From: Deltaproteobacteria bacterium HGW-Deltaproteobacteria-19
GTDB lineage: Bacteria > Desulfobacterota > Syntrophia > Syntrophales > PHBD01
Reading direction: 5' to 3'
NCBI GenBank assembly: GCA_002841865.1
Contig: PHBD01000007.1
Coordinates: forward strand, 18,726 to 82,725
DNA length: 64,000 bases
Shown here: piece by piece, positions 52,920 to 63,636 of the stretch
Numbering within the stretch: the first letter of the stretch is position 1
Layout of the letters: each line of letters starts with the position of its first letter
Position numbers and translations under genes: made by a program
Notes under the pieces: model-generated
What the model was told of the DNA's origin: nothing
Databases searched by the model: none
The model's input: the letters and a program-made list of their open reading frames with translations, nothing else

Positions 52920-53795
52920 TTACTTGATGAGCCCGTAGTTCTGCATGACCTTCCGGAGCTTTTCGTGGTTTGCATCGGACAGCTTCCAGAGGGGCAGCCG
53001 GACCTCGTAGGCGATCTTGCCCATCATGGCGAGGGCCGCCTTGGCGGGCGTCGGATTTGTCTCGATGAACATGGCGTCGATGAGGGGCGACATCTTGTGG
53101 TGCAGCTCCTGCGCCTTCTTGAGGTCGCCCGCAAAGAAAGCGTCCACCATGCCCGCCATGTCCGCCGGGGCGACATTGGAGATGACCGAGATGATCCCGT
53201 GTCCGCCCACGGCCATGAGCGGCAGGGTGAATCCGTCGTCCCCGGAGAGGACGGTGAAATCCTTCCCGCAGAGGCCGATGATATCGCTCATCTGCTTGAT
53301 CAGACCCGAGGCCTCCTTGACACCCACGATGTTGGGGATCTTCGCCAGGCGGGCCAGTGTGTCCGGCAACAGGTTGACGCCGGTGCGGCTGGGGATGTTG
53401 TAGACGATGATGGGGATCGGAACGGCCTCCGCCACTGCCTTGTAGTGCTGGTACAGGCCTTCCTGGGTGGGCCGGTTGTAGTAGGGGCAGACCATCAGGG
53501 CCCCGTCGGCGCCCACTTCGTAGGCGTGGCGCGTCATCCGGATGGCCTCCTCGGTACTGTTGGACCCCGTGCCGGCGATGACGGGAACCCGCTTCTTTAC
53601 CGCGTCCACACAGATGTCGATGACCCGGTCGTGCTCCTCATGGGACAGGGTGGACGACTCTCCCGTGGTCCCGCAGGGCACGATGCCATCCGTGCCGTTG
53701 GCGATCTGGAACTCGATCAGGTTCCGATACGCCTCCTCATCCACCTTCCCGTTCCGGAAGGGGGTCACAATGGCGACGATTGCTCCCTTGAACAT
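52920..53795 (-). CDS. dapA: 4-hydroxy-tetrahydrodipicolinate synthase
   Basis: ATG 53795 follows GGAGGAGGA. Motifs: AIVTPF, GTTGESSTLS, YNRP, GVKEASG. Confidence 0.93.
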   Translation of the reverse strand: MFKGAIVAIVTPFRNGKVDEEAYRNLIEFQIANGTDGIVPCGTTGESSTLSHEEHDRVIDICVDAVKKRVPVIAGTGSNSTEEAIRMTRHAYEVGADGALMVCPYYNRPTQEGLYQHYKAVAEAVPIPIIVYNIPSRTGVNLLPDTLARLAKIPNIVGVKEASGLIKQMSDIIGLCGKDFTVLSGDDGFTLPLMAVGGHGIISVISNVAPADMAGMVDAFFAGDLKKAQELHHKMSPLIDAMFIETNPTPAKAALAMMGKIAYEVRLPLWKLSDANHEKLRKVMQNYGLIK

Positions 53796-53837
53796 AGATT
53801 CCTCCTCCATCATTCTTGATGTGTTCTGTATTCTTCC

Positions 53838-55097
53838 CTATTCCGAAAGGAACTCCGGTATCCGCTCTCCCCGCACGAGGTCTCGGTACGTCTCCCGTTT
53901 TCTGATCACGGAGATCCGGTTCCCGTCAACGAGAACCTCCGCCGCCCGGGGCCGCGAGTTGTAGTTCGACGACATGGTGAATCCATAGGCCCCGGCGCTC
54001 ATGACGGCCATCAGCTCGTTCCGTTCGAACAGCGGCAGGTCCCGCCCCTTCGCCAGGTAATCCCCCGACTCGCAGATGGGCCCCACCACGTCCGCCGTCG
54101 CGGTCTCGCGCCGGCTTTTCAGCACCGGCTGGATCCCGTGGTACGACGAATACAGGCTGGGGCGGATCAGGTCGTTCATCCCCGCGTCCACCACGATGAA
54201 CCGCTTGTCGTCGTTCGTCTTCGTGTACAGAACCTTCGTGAGGAGAATCCCCGCGTTCCCCACGATGACGCGGCCCGGCTCGAAGATGAACGTGACGTCC
54301 AGGTCCTTCGCAGTCTTGATGATGGCCCGGGCGTAGTCCGACGGGTGGGGCGGCTCCTCCTCCCGGTAGGTGATTCCCAGGCCCCCGCCCAGGTCCAGGT
54401 AACGAATGCGGATCCCCTCCTTGCGCAGGAGGCTCACCAGACGCTTCAGGCGCTTCAGGGCGTCCACGAAGGGCGAGATTTTCGTCAGTTGGGACCCGAT
54501 GTGGCAGCTGACCCCCTTGATCTCCACGTTGGGCAGGTTCCTGGCCTGCCGGTACGCTTCCAGTGACTTCTTCACGTTGATGCCGAACTTGTTCTCCTTG
54601 AGACCCGTGGAGATGTACGGATGGGTCTGGGGGTCCACGTCGGGATTCACCCGGAGGGCGATGGGCGCCTTCTTTCCGAGGCGACCGGCGCAGGCATCGA
54701 TGACCTCGAGTTCCTGGAGGGACTCGACGTTGAACAGGAGGATGCCTGCCTCCAGGGCGAATTCGATCTCATCGACCCGCTTTCCCACTCCGGAGTAGAC
54801 CACCTTGCCCGGATCCACGCCGGCCTGGAGGGCCCGATACAGCTCCCCGCCGGAGACGATGTCCACACCGCCGCCTTCCCGGGCGAAGATCCGGAGGATC
54901 GCCACGTTGGAGTTCGACTTCACGGCGAAGCAGACCAGGTGGTCGATCTTCTCGAACGCCTCGTCGAAAACGGAAAAGTGCCGCTCCAGGGTATGACGGC
55001 TGTAGACGTATGTCGGTGTCCCCACTTTGCGCGCAATGGCCTTCAGGGGGACCTCTTCGCACCACAACTCGTTGTTCCGGTAGTGAAAGTCGTTCAT
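53838..55097 (-). CDS. lysA: Diaminopimelate decarboxylase
   Basis: 419 aa with FAVKSNSN (PLP Lys), LDLGGGLG and CESGD. Confidence 0.93.
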   Translation of the reverse strand: MNDFHYRNNELWCEEVPLKAIARKVGTPTYVYSRHTLERHFSVFDEAFEKIDHLVCFAVKSNSNVAILRIFAREGGGVDIVSGGELYRALQAGVDPGKVVYSGVGKRVDEIEFALEAGILLFNVESLQELEVIDACAGRLGKKAPIALRVNPDVDPQTHPYISTGLKENKFGINVKKSLEAYRQARNLPNVEIKGVSCHIGSQLTKISPFVDALKRLKRLVSLLRKEGIRIRYLDLGGGLGITYREEEPPHPSDYARAIIKTAKDLDVTFIFEPGRVIVGNAGILLTKVLYTKTNDDKRFIVVDAGMNDLIRPSLYSSYHGIQPVLKSRRETATADVVGPICESGDYLAKGRDLPLFERNELMAVMSAGAYGFTMSSNYNSRPRAAEVLVDGNRISVIRKRETYRDLVRGERIPEFLSE

Positions 55098-55269
55098 TGC
55101 TCCCGTTTGTCGGCGGCGATCCCGCCCGGCCCCGCAGGCCTTCAGGGCTGGTCAAAAAAGGCTGGATGCAAGGCGCCCGAAATCCCGAGCCGCGAGGCGT
55201 ACTTTGTTCGTACGTCGAGTGGCTCGGGGTGAGGGCAACGCAGCAGACCGCCCTTTTTAAACAGCCTTT

Positions 55270-55722
55270 CTAGAATTTTATCTCTGCCGGCAGCGATGCA
55301 TCACTGCAAGCGCCTCCGCTGTTGCAGACAAGAATCCGATACATGTACAGCCGCCCGCTCCGGACATCCATGTCCATGTAAGCCATTTCGCGTCCTCCCG
55401 TCCTGTCGAGCCGAGGATCTCCCAGTTGGAGATCTGCCAGGATCCGGTATTCCTGGGGACACTCAGGGCATCGGTCCAGCATCGTCTCGAATTCACTCCG
55501 CTGGATGACGACCCGGTGAAGGTTCCGCTCCTTCTCCGGCAGTACCCAGGAAATGCGAACGCCCTCTGCCTGCCTCAAAACGCGAAGATCGTGGGCCGCC
55601 ACAGGCAGCACCATATCCGGAGGAAGGGGGTCGCCCTTCTTGCCGCACCCTGTCCAGGCCGCTGCGAACAGCAACACCAGGACCAGGATGATCGCCAGCC
55701 TGTCAACGCTTCGTCCGCCCAT
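55270..55722 (-). CDS. Hypothetical lipoprotein
   Basis: Signal peptide with lipobox AWTGC. 150 aa. It overlaps the argH stop by 20 nt, so the start is slightly uncertain. Confidence 0.6.
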   Translation of the reverse strand: MGGRSVDRLAIILVLVLLFAAAWTGCGKKGDPLPPDMVLPVAAHDLRVLRQAEGVRISWVLPEKERNLHRVVIQRSEFETMLDRCPECPQEYRILADLQLGDPRLDRTGGREMAYMDMDVRSGRLYMYRILVCNSGGACSDASLPAEIKF

Positions 55723-57097
55723 GCCGCCTCCCGATCTCCCGAAGCCTCTTCCGGACCGCCTTTCCGGAGGTTCCGCCGGGAATGTCCCGGACGCCGACGG
55801 AGCGGCGGACTGTCACCGCTTCGTGAACATCCTCCCGGAAGGCCTCGTGAAAGGCCCGGTATTCCTCAAGCGTCAGCGCCTCCAGGGTCTTTCCCCTCTC
55901 CAGGCAGAAGGCGACGATCCGGCCCGCAATACCGTGGGCATCCCGGAAGGGAACGCCCGCCTTCACGAGGTATTCCGCCACGTCCGTTGCCGTGGAAAAA
56001 CCACCCGCGGCGGCCTTCTCCATCCTGTCCCGAAGGAAGGTGATCTGCCCCAGCATCCGGGTAAACACCGACAGGCTCGCCCGAACGGTGTCCACCGCAT
56101 CGAAGACCGGTTCCTTGTCTTCCTGAAGGTCCCGGTTGTAGGTCATCGGCAGTCCCTTGAGGATCGTGAGCATTGCCACCAGGTGGCCGTAAATCCGCCC
56201 CGTCTTTCCCCGGACAAGTTCCGCCACGTCGGGGTTCTTCTTCTGGGGCATCAGGCTGCTGCCGGTGGTGAAGCCGTCGGAGATCTCGATGAAGCGGAAC
56301 TCCTCTGTGGACCACAGGATCAGGTCTTCGCAGAAGCGGCTCAGGTGCATCATGAGGAGGGCACAGTCAAAGAGGAATTCCGCCGCGAAATCCCGGTCCG
56401 AGACGGCGTCCAGGCTGTTCCGGGTCATCTCCGGAAAGTCCAGGATCTCCGCCGTGCACCGCCGGTCGATGGGAATCCCCGTCCCGGCGAGGGCACCCGC
56501 CCCGAGAGGCATCACGTTGACCCGGACCCGGCACTCCCTGAAGCGGCTCTCGTCCCGGTCCAGCATCTCCCGGTAGGCCAGGAGGTAATGGGCCAGAAGG
56601 ATCGGCTGGGCGCGCTGGAGGTGGGTGTACCCGGGCAGGACCGTGTCGATCTCCTTCCCGGCCAGATTCTCCAGGGCGTCCTTGAGCCCTTCGATCGCCT
56701 CCAGGATATGCCCGATCTCCTCCCTCAGGTAGAGCCGGAGGTCCAGGGCCACCTGGTCGTTGCGGCTCCGCCCGGTGTGGAGCTTCGCCCCGGCCTCCCC
56801 GATGCGCCGGATGAGCTCCTTCTCCACCGCCATGTGGACGTCTTCATCGGCGTCGGCAAAGACCAGGGCTCCCCGTTCGAAGTCCTTCCGGATGCCCCTG
56901 AGGCCTGCAACAATGGCCTTTTCCTCCGCCGCGGTCAGGATGCCCTGCCGTGCCAGCATTCGGGCATGGGCAATGCTGCCCTCGATGTCATGGCGGCAGA
57001 GACGGCGATCGAAGGCAATGGACGCCGTAAACGCCTCCACTTCCCGGTCCGTCCCTCCCTTGAAACGCCCTCCCCAGGGCTTCTCCTTGCGCGCCAT
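55703..57097 (-). CDS. argH: Argininosuccinate lyase
   Basis: 464 aa with [14 protein letters not shown] and [12 protein letters not shown]. Confidence 0.95.
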   Translation of the reverse strand: MARKEKPWGGRFKGGTDREVEAFTASIAFDRRLCRHDIEGSIAHARMLARQGILTAAEEKAIVAGLRGIRKDFERGALVFADADEDVHMAVEKELIRRIGEAGAKLHTGRSRNDQVALDLRLYLREEIGHILEAIEGLKDALENLAGKEIDTVLPGYTHLQRAQPILLAHYLLAYREMLDRDESRFRECRVRVNVMPLGAGALAGTGIPIDRRCTAEILDFPEMTRNSLDAVSDRDFAAEFLFDCALLMMHLSRFCEDLILWSTEEFRFIEISDGFTTGSSLMPQKKNPDVAELVRGKTGRIYGHLVAMLTILKGLPMTYNRDLQEDKEPVFDAVDTVRASLSVFTRMLGQITFLRDRMEKAAAGGFSTATDVAEYLVKAGVPFRDAHGIAGRIVAFCLERGKTLEALTLEEYRAFHEAFREDVHEAVTVRRSVGVRDIPGGTSGKAVRKRLREIGRRHGRTKR

Positions 57098-57108
57098 CGC
57101 TCTCCGTC

Positions 57109-58476
57109 CTATTTCTGCCGGCGTGCCTTCGCGCGGCGAAGCCCACGGCGGCGTTCCGAATCCCGCTTATCCGCATTGATCGGCACTTTTGCGCCCCGTC
57201 GGTCGCCGTTCCGGCGCTCGCTGATCCGGCGTTCGACGCCGCGCCGCTCTCCATCCTGCCGGAGCTTCTCCTGTTCGACCATGGCCTTGATGCGTAACCG
57301 CAGGGCATTGAGCCGGATGAACCCCGTGGCGTCCATCTGGTTGTATACCTGGTCCTTTTCGAACGTGGCAAAGTCCTCGCGGTAGAGCGACAGGGGCGAT
57401 TTCCGTCCCACGACGATGCAGTTCCCCTTATAGAGTTTGATTCGAGCGGTGCCGGTAACGTTCTCCTGGGTCTCGTCGATGAATCGCTGCAGCACCTTCA
57501 TCTCCGGGGCGTACCAGAAGCCGTTGTAAACGAGCTGGGAGTACTTTGGAATCAGCGAATCCCGCATGAACATGACCTCCCGGTCCATGGTGATGGACTC
57601 GAGGGCCCGGTGGGCCGCCCACAGGACGGTCCCGCCTGGGGTTTCGTACACGCCCCGGGACTTCATGCCCACGAACCGGTTCTCCACCATGTCCACCCGG
57701 CCGACGCCGTTGGCCCCGGCAATCTCATTCAGGTGTTCCATCAGCTCCGCCGGGAACATGCGGACTCCGTCGACCGCCACGGGAACTCCCTTGACGAAGT
57801 CGATCTCCACGTAGGTGGGCTTGTCCGGCGCCGCCTCGGGTGAAACGGTGAGGATGAAGATGTCCTCCGGCGGCTCCGCCCAGGGATCCTCCAGGATCGC
57901 CCCCTCATGGGAGATGTGGAGGGAGTTCCGGTCGCTCGAATAGGGCTTGTCCTTCGTGAGCGGCAGCGGGATTCCGTGCTTCTCGGCATAATCGAACATC
58001 GAGTCCCGGGAATCGAAGATCCAGTTCGGATCCTTCCAGGCGGAAATGATCCGGATGTTCGGATTGAGGGCCATGTATGTCAGCTCGAAACGGACCTGGT
58101 CGTTTCCCTTGCCTGTGGCGCCGTGGCAGACAGCGTCGGCCCCTTCGAGGAGGGCGATCTCGAGCTGCCGCTTCGCGATCAGCGGCCTCGCCAGGGAAGT
58201 ACCCAGGAGGTACACCCCCTCGTAGATAGCGTTGGCCTTCAGCGCCGGAAAGATGAAGTCCCGGGCGAACTCGTCCCGGAGATCGTCGATGTAGCACCTG
58301 CTGGCCCCCGTGCTGATTGCCTTCTCGTGCAGCCCATCCAGTTCCTCCTTCTGGCCCACATCGGCGGCGAAGGCGATGACCTCGCAGCCATACGTCTCGA
58401 TGAGCCATTGGACGATCACGGATGTGTCGAGCCCGCCCGAGTAGGCGAGAACCACTTTTTTAAACGATTGCGTCAT
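57109..58476 (-). CDS. argG: Argininosuccinate synthase with ~50-aa Arg-rich C-terminal tail
   Basis: [22 protein letters not shown] and a full ArgG core to ...[13 protein letters not shown]. An extra tail [24 protein letters not shown]...RRAKARRQK follows. Confidence 0.93.
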   Translation of the reverse strand: MTQSFKKVVLAYSGGLDTSVIVQWLIETYGCEVIAFAADVGQKEELDGLHEKAISTGASRCYIDDLRDEFARDFIFPALKANAIYEGVYLLGTSLARPLIAKRQLEIALLEGADAVCHGATGKGNDQVRFELTYMALNPNIRIISAWKDPNWIFDSRDSMFDYAEKHGIPLPLTKDKPYSSDRNSLHISHEGAILEDPWAEPPEDIFILTVSPEAAPDKPTYVEIDFVKGVPVAVDGVRMFPAELMEHLNEIAGANGVGRVDMVENRFVGMKSRGVYETPGGTVLWAAHRALESITMDREVMFMRDSLIPKYSQLVYNGFWYAPEMKVLQRFIDETQENVTGTARIKLYKGNCIVVGRKSPLSLYREDFATFEKDQVYNQMDATGFIRLNALRLRIKAMVEQEKLRQDGERRGVERRISERRNGDRRGAKVPINADKRDSERRRGLRRAKARRQK

Positions 58477-58530
58477 GACTGGATCCTCCTGTGTTCTTTC
58501 CCCTCCCGGAGCCTGAAAGAGCGTTCTGTC

Positions 58531-59460
58531 TCATTCGGGCCGCCTCTGGCGGCCCATGAGCATCTCCAGGATGGCTTTCTGTACGTGCAGGCGGTTCTCC
58601 GCCTGGTCGAAAACAATGGAACGCGGTCCGTCCATCACCCCGGCGGAGATTTCCTCCCCGCGATGGGCCGGCAGGCAATGCATGACGAGGGCCTCCGGCT
58701 TCGCCAGCCTGAGGAGCGCCTCGTCGACGCAGTAGCCCTGGAACGCCTTTTCCCGGACGTCCTTCTCGCTCTCCTGTCCCATGCTGGCCCAGACATCCGT
58801 GTAGACGATGTCCGCATCCCTGACGGCCTCCCGGGGATCCCGGTAAAGGGCCACCGAACGGGGGGCCTCCCGGACGGCCCGATCCAGGATCGTCCGGTCC
58901 GGCTCGTACCTCTCCGGGCAGGCCAGGGACAGGTGAAACGGGAGGCGGGCAGCGGCATTCAGCCAGGAATTGGCGATGTTGTTCCCGTCCCCCACATAGG
59001 CGATTTTCAGGTCCTCGTAACGGCCCCTCTTCTCGATGATGGTAAAGAGGTCGCTCAGGATCTGGCAGGGATGGAGAAGATCCGTCAGGCCGTTGACGAC
59101 CGGAATCGTGGCGTACCGGGCAAATTCCTCCACCATCTCCTGGCCGAAGGTCCGGATCATGACGCCGTCAATGTAACGGGAGAGGATCCGGGCCGTGTCG
59201 GCCACCGTCTCCCCCCGGCCGATCTGGATGTCGCGGCTGGAGAGGAAGATGGCTTTCCCGCCGAGCTGGATCATGGCGACCTCGAAGGAGAGCCTTGTCC
59301 GGGTCGAAGACTTCTCGAAGATCATTCCCAGCACTTTTCCGGCCAGGGAAGGGTGGGGCCGGCCCTGCCGAAGCTCCGCCTTCATCTCGCCGCTCCGGGC
59401 GAACAGCCGGTCGAACTCCTCGATGGTCAGATCATATTCCGTCAACAGGTCTTTCTTCAT
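58531..59460 (-). CDS. argF: Ornithine carbamoyltransferase
   Basis: ATG 59460 overlaps the argD stop. Motifs: STRTRLSFE, HPCQ, DVWASMG, HCLPAHRGEE. Confidence 0.93.
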   Translation of the reverse strand: MKKDLLTEYDLTIEEFDRLFARSGEMKAELRQGRPHPSLAGKVLGMIFEKSSTRTRLSFEVAMIQLGGKAIFLSSRDIQIGRGETVADTARILSRYIDGVMIRTFGQEMVEEFARYATIPVVNGLTDLLHPCQILSDLFTIIEKRGRYEDLKIAYVGDGNNIANSWLNAAARLPFHLSLACPERYEPDRTILDRAVREAPRSVALYRDPREAVRDADIVYTDVWASMGQESEKDVREKAFQGYCVDEALLRLAKPEALVMHCLPAHRGEEISAGVMDGPRSIVFDQAENRLHVQKAILEMLMGRQRRPE

Positions 59461-60644
59461 CGCTCCTCCAGAACACCGTCCAGGATCGCCACCGCCCGGT
59501 CGATTTCCGCATCGGTGATGACGAGGGGCGGAACGAACCGCACGACGTGGGTCCCCGCGGTGGCCACGAGGAGGCCCTTCTCCGTACACCGGGTCAGGAT
59601 CCCGGCGACTTCCCGATCCATCTCCACTCCCAGGAGGAGGCCCCTGCCCCGGACGTCCAGGATCGAGCCATGCTTCGCCTTGAGCGCCTGCAGCTTCTCG
59701 AGGAAATACCTTCCCGCCTTTGCGCCCCGTGCGAGGAGCCCCTCGTCCAGGAGGACCTCCAGGACCGCCAGTCCCGCCGCCATGGCCAGCAGGTTGCCTC
59801 CGAAGGTGGAGGCGTGGTTTCCCGGCACGAAGGCCGCCGCGGCCTTGTCCGTCGCCAGCATCGCCCCGATGGGAAAGCCGTTCCCCAGCGCCTTCGCCAT
59901 GGTCACGATGTCCGGCGCGATTCCCTCCGCTTCATGGGCGAGAAACACTCCCGTCCGGCCCATACCCGTCTGGACCTCGTCGATGATCAGCAGAATTCCC
60001 TTCCGGTCGCAGATCTCCCGTACGCCCTTGAGATAGCCCGCATCGGGGACCCGGACGCCCCCCTCGGCCTGGACGGGCTCAACGAGAACCGCGCAGGTCT
60101 TCTCGTCGACGGCCGCTTCCAGGGCGGCCAGATCGTTGAACGGCACGTAGCGGAAGCCCGCCGGAAGGGGCTCGAAGCCCGCCTGGAACTTCGCCTGGCC
60201 CGTCGCCGTGATCGTGGCCAGCGTCCGGCCGTGGAAGGAGCCCTCCATCGTGATAATCTCGTTCTTCCCGCCGAGGGTCTCGTTGCCGTACTTCCGGGCC
60301 AGCTTGATGGCCGCCTCGTTGGCCTCGGCGCCGCTGTTGCAGAAGAAGACCTTGTCGGCGAAGGACGCGCTGACGAGGCGCTCCGCCAGCAGGCACTGGG
60401 CCTGGGTATAGTAGAGGTTCGACACGTGCGTCAGCGTTCCCGCCTGCTTCCGGATGGCCTCGACCACCTTCGGGTGGCTGTGGCCAAGGCTGCAGACGGC
60501 AATCCCGGCGACGCAGTCCAGGTATTCCTTCCCTTCCAGGTCCCAGACCCGGCATCCTTCACCCCGGCTCAGGACCAGGGGATACCGCTTGTAGGTCCCC
60601 ATGACGGACCGATCGAACCGTTGCATCCATTCCTGGGAGTTCAT
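59457..60644 (-). CDS. argD: Acetylornithine aminotransferase
   Basis: 395 aa with SGAEANEAAIKLAR, DEVQTGMGRTG and TMAKALGNG (PLP Lys). Confidence 0.93.
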   Translation of the reverse strand: MNSQEWMQRFDRSVMGTYKRYPLVLSRGEGCRVWDLEGKEYLDCVAGIAVCSLGHSHPKVVEAIRKQAGTLTHVSNLYYTQAQCLLAERLVSASFADKVFFCNSGAEANEAAIKLARKYGNETLGGKNEIITMEGSFHGRTLATITATGQAKFQAGFEPLPAGFRYVPFNDLAALEAAVDEKTCAVLVEPVQAEGGVRVPDAGYLKGVREICDRKGILLIIDEVQTGMGRTGVFLAHEAEGIAPDIVTMAKALGNGFPIGAMLATDKAAAAFVPGNHASTFGGNLLAMAAGLAVLEVLLDEGLLARGAKAGRYFLEKLQALKAKHGSILDVRGRGLLLGVEMDREVAGILTRCTEKGLLVATAGTHVVRFVPPLVITDAEIDRAVAILDGVLEER

Positions 60645-60663
60645 GTTCTCTTGTTTTCCTTTC

Positions 60664-61554
60664 CTACTGGACGATTTCCGTGCCGATCCCGGAGTCCGTG
60701 AACATCTCCAGAAGGATGGCGTGCTTCAGCCGCCCGTCGATGATGTGCGCCTTCCCGGCGCCGCCCTTGAGGGCCTTCAGGCAGCACTTGACCTTGGGGA
60801 ACATGCCCCCTTCCACGATACCCGCTTCGATCATGTCCAGAGCCTGGTGGTTCGTCATCGTGTTGATCAACTCCTTCCGGGCGTCCAGCACCCCGGACAC
60901 GTCGGTCAGGAGGACCAGTTTCTCCGCCTTCAGGGCCGCCGCCACCTCGCCCGCCACGATGTCGGCGTTGATGTTGTATGTCTCCCCCGCGTCTCCCGCC
61001 CCGGTGGGGGCGATGACCGGGATGAACCCGTCCCGGGTCAGGGACAGGATCAGCTCCGCGTTGATCGATTTGACCTTTCCCACGAGGCCCAGGTCGATGA
61101 TCTCCGAAGGGGTGTCCTTGGACTTCTCCTCACTGAGGATGTATTTCTCGGCATGGATGAGGTTGCCGTCCTTGCCGCTCAGGCCCACCGCCTTGCCGCC
61201 GTGGCGGTTGATCAAGCCCACGATCTCCTTGTTCACGTTCCCCACCAGGACCATCTCGACGATGCTCATCGTCTCGGCGTCGGTGACGCGGTGGCCCCGG
61301 ACGAACTTCGAGTCCTTTCCGAGCTTCTTCAGAAGCGTCCCGATCTGGGGGCCTCCGCCGTGGACCACGACGGGGTTGATGCCGATGTATTTCATCAGGA
61401 GGACGTCCCTGGCGAAGCCGTCCTTGAGTTCCTCGTCCAGCATGGCATGACCGCCGTACTTGATGACAACGGTCTTGTTGAAGAACCTCCGGATGTAAGG
61501 CAGGGCCTCCATGAGGATTTCCGCCCGCTCCATCGACTTTTCCAGCATGTTCAT
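60664..61554 (-). CDS. argB: Acetylglutamate kinase
   Basis: 296 aa with [19 protein letters not shown] and NINADIVAG. Confidence 0.93.
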   Translation of the reverse strand: MNMLEKSMERAEILMEALPYIRRFFNKTVVIKYGGHAMLDEELKDGFARDVLLMKYIGINPVVVHGGGPQIGTLLKKLGKDSKFVRGHRVTDAETMSIVEMVLVGNVNKEIVGLINRHGGKAVGLSGKDGNLIHAEKYILSEEKSKDTPSEIIDLGLVGKVKSINAELILSLTRDGFIPVIAPTGAGDAGETYNINADIVAGEVAAALKAEKLVLLTDVSGVLDARKELINTMTNHQALDMIEAGIVEGGMFPKVKCCLKALKGGAGKAHIIDGRLKHAILLEMFTDSGIGTEIVQ

Positions 61555-61655
61555 TGCTCTCGTCTCCTGCTTGTACAGATCAGGAGGACGGTTTCATTTC
61601 CGTCCCCTCACCGTCTTTTGCCCTGATCGGCCCGAGTTCGCGGGGGCGCGACCCC

Positions 61656-63035
61656 TTAGAGAATATACCGGCTCAGGTCCTCGTCCTCGACGATGTCTTC
61701 CAGCTTTTCCCGCACATATTCGGCGGTGATGTCCACCGATTTCTCTTCCATCTCCGGCGCATCGAAGGAGACCTCGTCCAGGAGGGTCTCCATGATCGTG
61801 TACAGGCGCCGGGCGCCGATGTTTTCGGTCCGCTCGTTCACCAGGGCCGCCGTCTCGGCGATCTCCGCGATGGCATCCTCGCTGAACCGGAGGGCCACCC
61901 CTTCCGTGGCGATCATCTCCACGTACTGCTTGATCAGGGCATTGTGCGGCTCCGTCAGGATCCGGATGAACTCCTCCCTGCCCAGTGAATCCAGCTCAAC
62001 CCGGATGGGAAACCGCCCCTGCATCTCCGGGATCAGGTCCGACGGCTTGACGACGCTGAAGGCACCCGCGGCGATGAACAGGATGTGGTCCGTCCGGATC
62101 ATGCCGTAGCGGGTGTTTACGTTGGACCCCTCCACAATGGGCAGGAGGTCCCGCTGGACCCCTTCCCGGGAGACATCGGGTCCGTGGGGGGCGTCGCTTC
62201 CGACGATCTTGTCGATCTCGTCAAGAAACACGATGCCCGACTGCTCCACCCGCTCCATGGCCGTCCGGGTGACCTTGTCCATGTCGACCAGCCTGGCCGC
62301 CTCTTCCTGGGAGAGGATTTCGAGGGCCTCCGGAACGGTCACCTTCTTCGTCGTCTTTTTCTGGGGAAAGATGCTCCCGAACGCGTCCTTCAGGTTCATC
62401 CCCACGTCTTCCATGCCGGCGCTGGAAAAGATCTCGACCATCGGAGCGGCCCGGGTCTCCTGAATCTCGACCTCCACGAGCCGGTCGTCCAGACGCCCCT
62501 CCCGCAGGAAGCGCCGGAATCGCTCCCGGGTTGCGCCGCTTCTCTGCGGAACCTCCGTGTCCTCATCGTCGTGATGGTCCGCCAGGATCTCCTCGGGCCG
62601 CTTTTCCACCGGCCGGAGCGGCAGGAGAATGTCCAGAAGGCGCTCTTCCGCAAGCTCGGCGGCCTTCGTCTGGACCTTATCCTGCTCTTCGGTCCGTACC
62701 ATGTTCACCGCCAGCTCCACCAGGTCGCGGATCATGGACTCCACATCCCGCCCCACGTAGCCCACCTCGGTGAACTTGGAGGCCTCCACCTTCAGGAACG
62801 GCGCGTTGTCGATCTTGGCAAGGCGACGGGCGATCTCCGTCTTTCCGACCCCGGTGGGACCGATCATGATGATGTTTTTCGGGGAGATCTCGTCCCTGAG
62901 CTCTCCCGGTACGTTCTGGCGACGCCACCGGTTCCGGAGGGCGATGGCCACGGCTCGCTTGGCGTCCTTCTGCCCGATGATGTAGCGATCCAGCTTCTCC
63001 ACGATCATCCGGGGTGTCAATGGTTTGTCCGACAT
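61656..63035 (-). CDS. hslU: ATP-dependent protease ATPase subunit HslU
   Basis: 459 aa with [15 protein letters not shown] (Walker A), [10 protein letters not shown] and the I-domain insertion. Confidence 0.95.
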   Translation of the reverse strand: MSDKPLTPRMIVEKLDRYIIGQKDAKRAVAIALRNRWRRQNVPGELRDEISPKNIIMIGPTGVGKTEIARRLAKIDNAPFLKVEASKFTEVGYVGRDVESMIRDLVELAVNMVRTEEQDKVQTKAAELAEERLLDILLPLRPVEKRPEEILADHHDDEDTEVPQRSGATRERFRRFLREGRLDDRLVEVEIQETRAAPMVEIFSSAGMEDVGMNLKDAFGSIFPQKKTTKKVTVPEALEILSQEEAARLVDMDKVTRTAMERVEQSGIVFLDEIDKIVGSDAPHGPDVSREGVQRDLLPIVEGSNVNTRYGMIRTDHILFIAAGAFSVVKPSDLIPEMQGRFPIRVELDSLGREEFIRILTEPHNALIKQYVEMIATEGVALRFSEDAIAEIAETAALVNERTENIGARRLYTIMETLLDEVSFDAPEMEEKSVDITAEYVREKLEDIVEDEDLSRYIL

Positions 63036-63045
63036 TTGGTGATGG

Positions 63046-63636
63046 TTACTCCTTCCTGCGGTCCCGGGGAGTGCGGTTTCCCTCGCCGGGCTCTTCCGTC
63101 ATGTCCAGTTCTTCCACGATGACCCGGTCATTTGTGTAGATACAGATCTCCGAGGCGATGCGGACCGCCTCCCGGGCGATCTCGGCGGCCTCCAGACCGG
63201 GGGCGTGGCGGACCATCGCCCGGGCGGCCGCCAGGGCATAGGGCCCTCCGGAGCCGATGGACATCACCTCGTCATCCGACTCGATGACGTCTCCGCTTCC
63301 CGAGATCATCAGGAACGCATCGCGGCTCACGGCGATCATCAGGGCCTCCAGGTGCCGGAGCACCCGGTCGGTCCGCCAGTCCTTGGTCAGTTCCACCGCG
63401 GCCCGGAGGAGGTTGCCGTTGAACTGTTCGAGCTTCTGATCGAAGCGCTCGAAGAGGGTGAAAGCATCCGCCGTGGCCCCGGCGAAGCCGACCACGACCT
63501 CGTCGTGATAGAGCCGCCGGACCTTCCGGGCTCCGTGTTTCATGACGGTCATGTCCACGGTCACCTGGCCGTCTCCGGCCACGACGACTTTTCCCCTGTG
63601 CCGGACGGCCACGATGGTGGTCCCGCGAATCTTCAT
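63046..63636 (-). CDS. hslV: ATP-dependent protease subunit HslV
   Basis: It starts [11 protein letters not shown] (N-terminal Thr after processing), with GDGQVT and GSGG. A short charged C-terminal tail is present. Confidence 0.93.
   Translation of the reverse strand: MKIRGTTIVAVRHRGKVVVAGDGQVTVDMTVMKHGARKVRRLYHDEVVVGFAGATADAFTLFERFDQKLEQFNGNLLRAAVELTKDWRTDRVLRHLEALMIAVSRDAFLMISGSGDVIESDDEVMSIGSGGPYALAAARAMVRHAPGLEAAEIAREAVRIASEICIYTNDRVIVEELDMTEEPGEGNRTPRDRRKE

Noticed and set aside
55098-55269. Lysine riboswitch or terminator in the lysA upstream spacer
   Set aside because: There is a long imperfect hairpin (CCCGAGCC at 55184-55191 pairing with GGCTCGGG at 55221-55228, plus an inner GTAC stem). 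A GGGC/GCCC stem with a T-run is on the wrong strand. I could not recognise L-box conserved elements, and there is no T-tract in the transcribed orientation. It is probably a REP-like or mRNA-stabilising hairpin.
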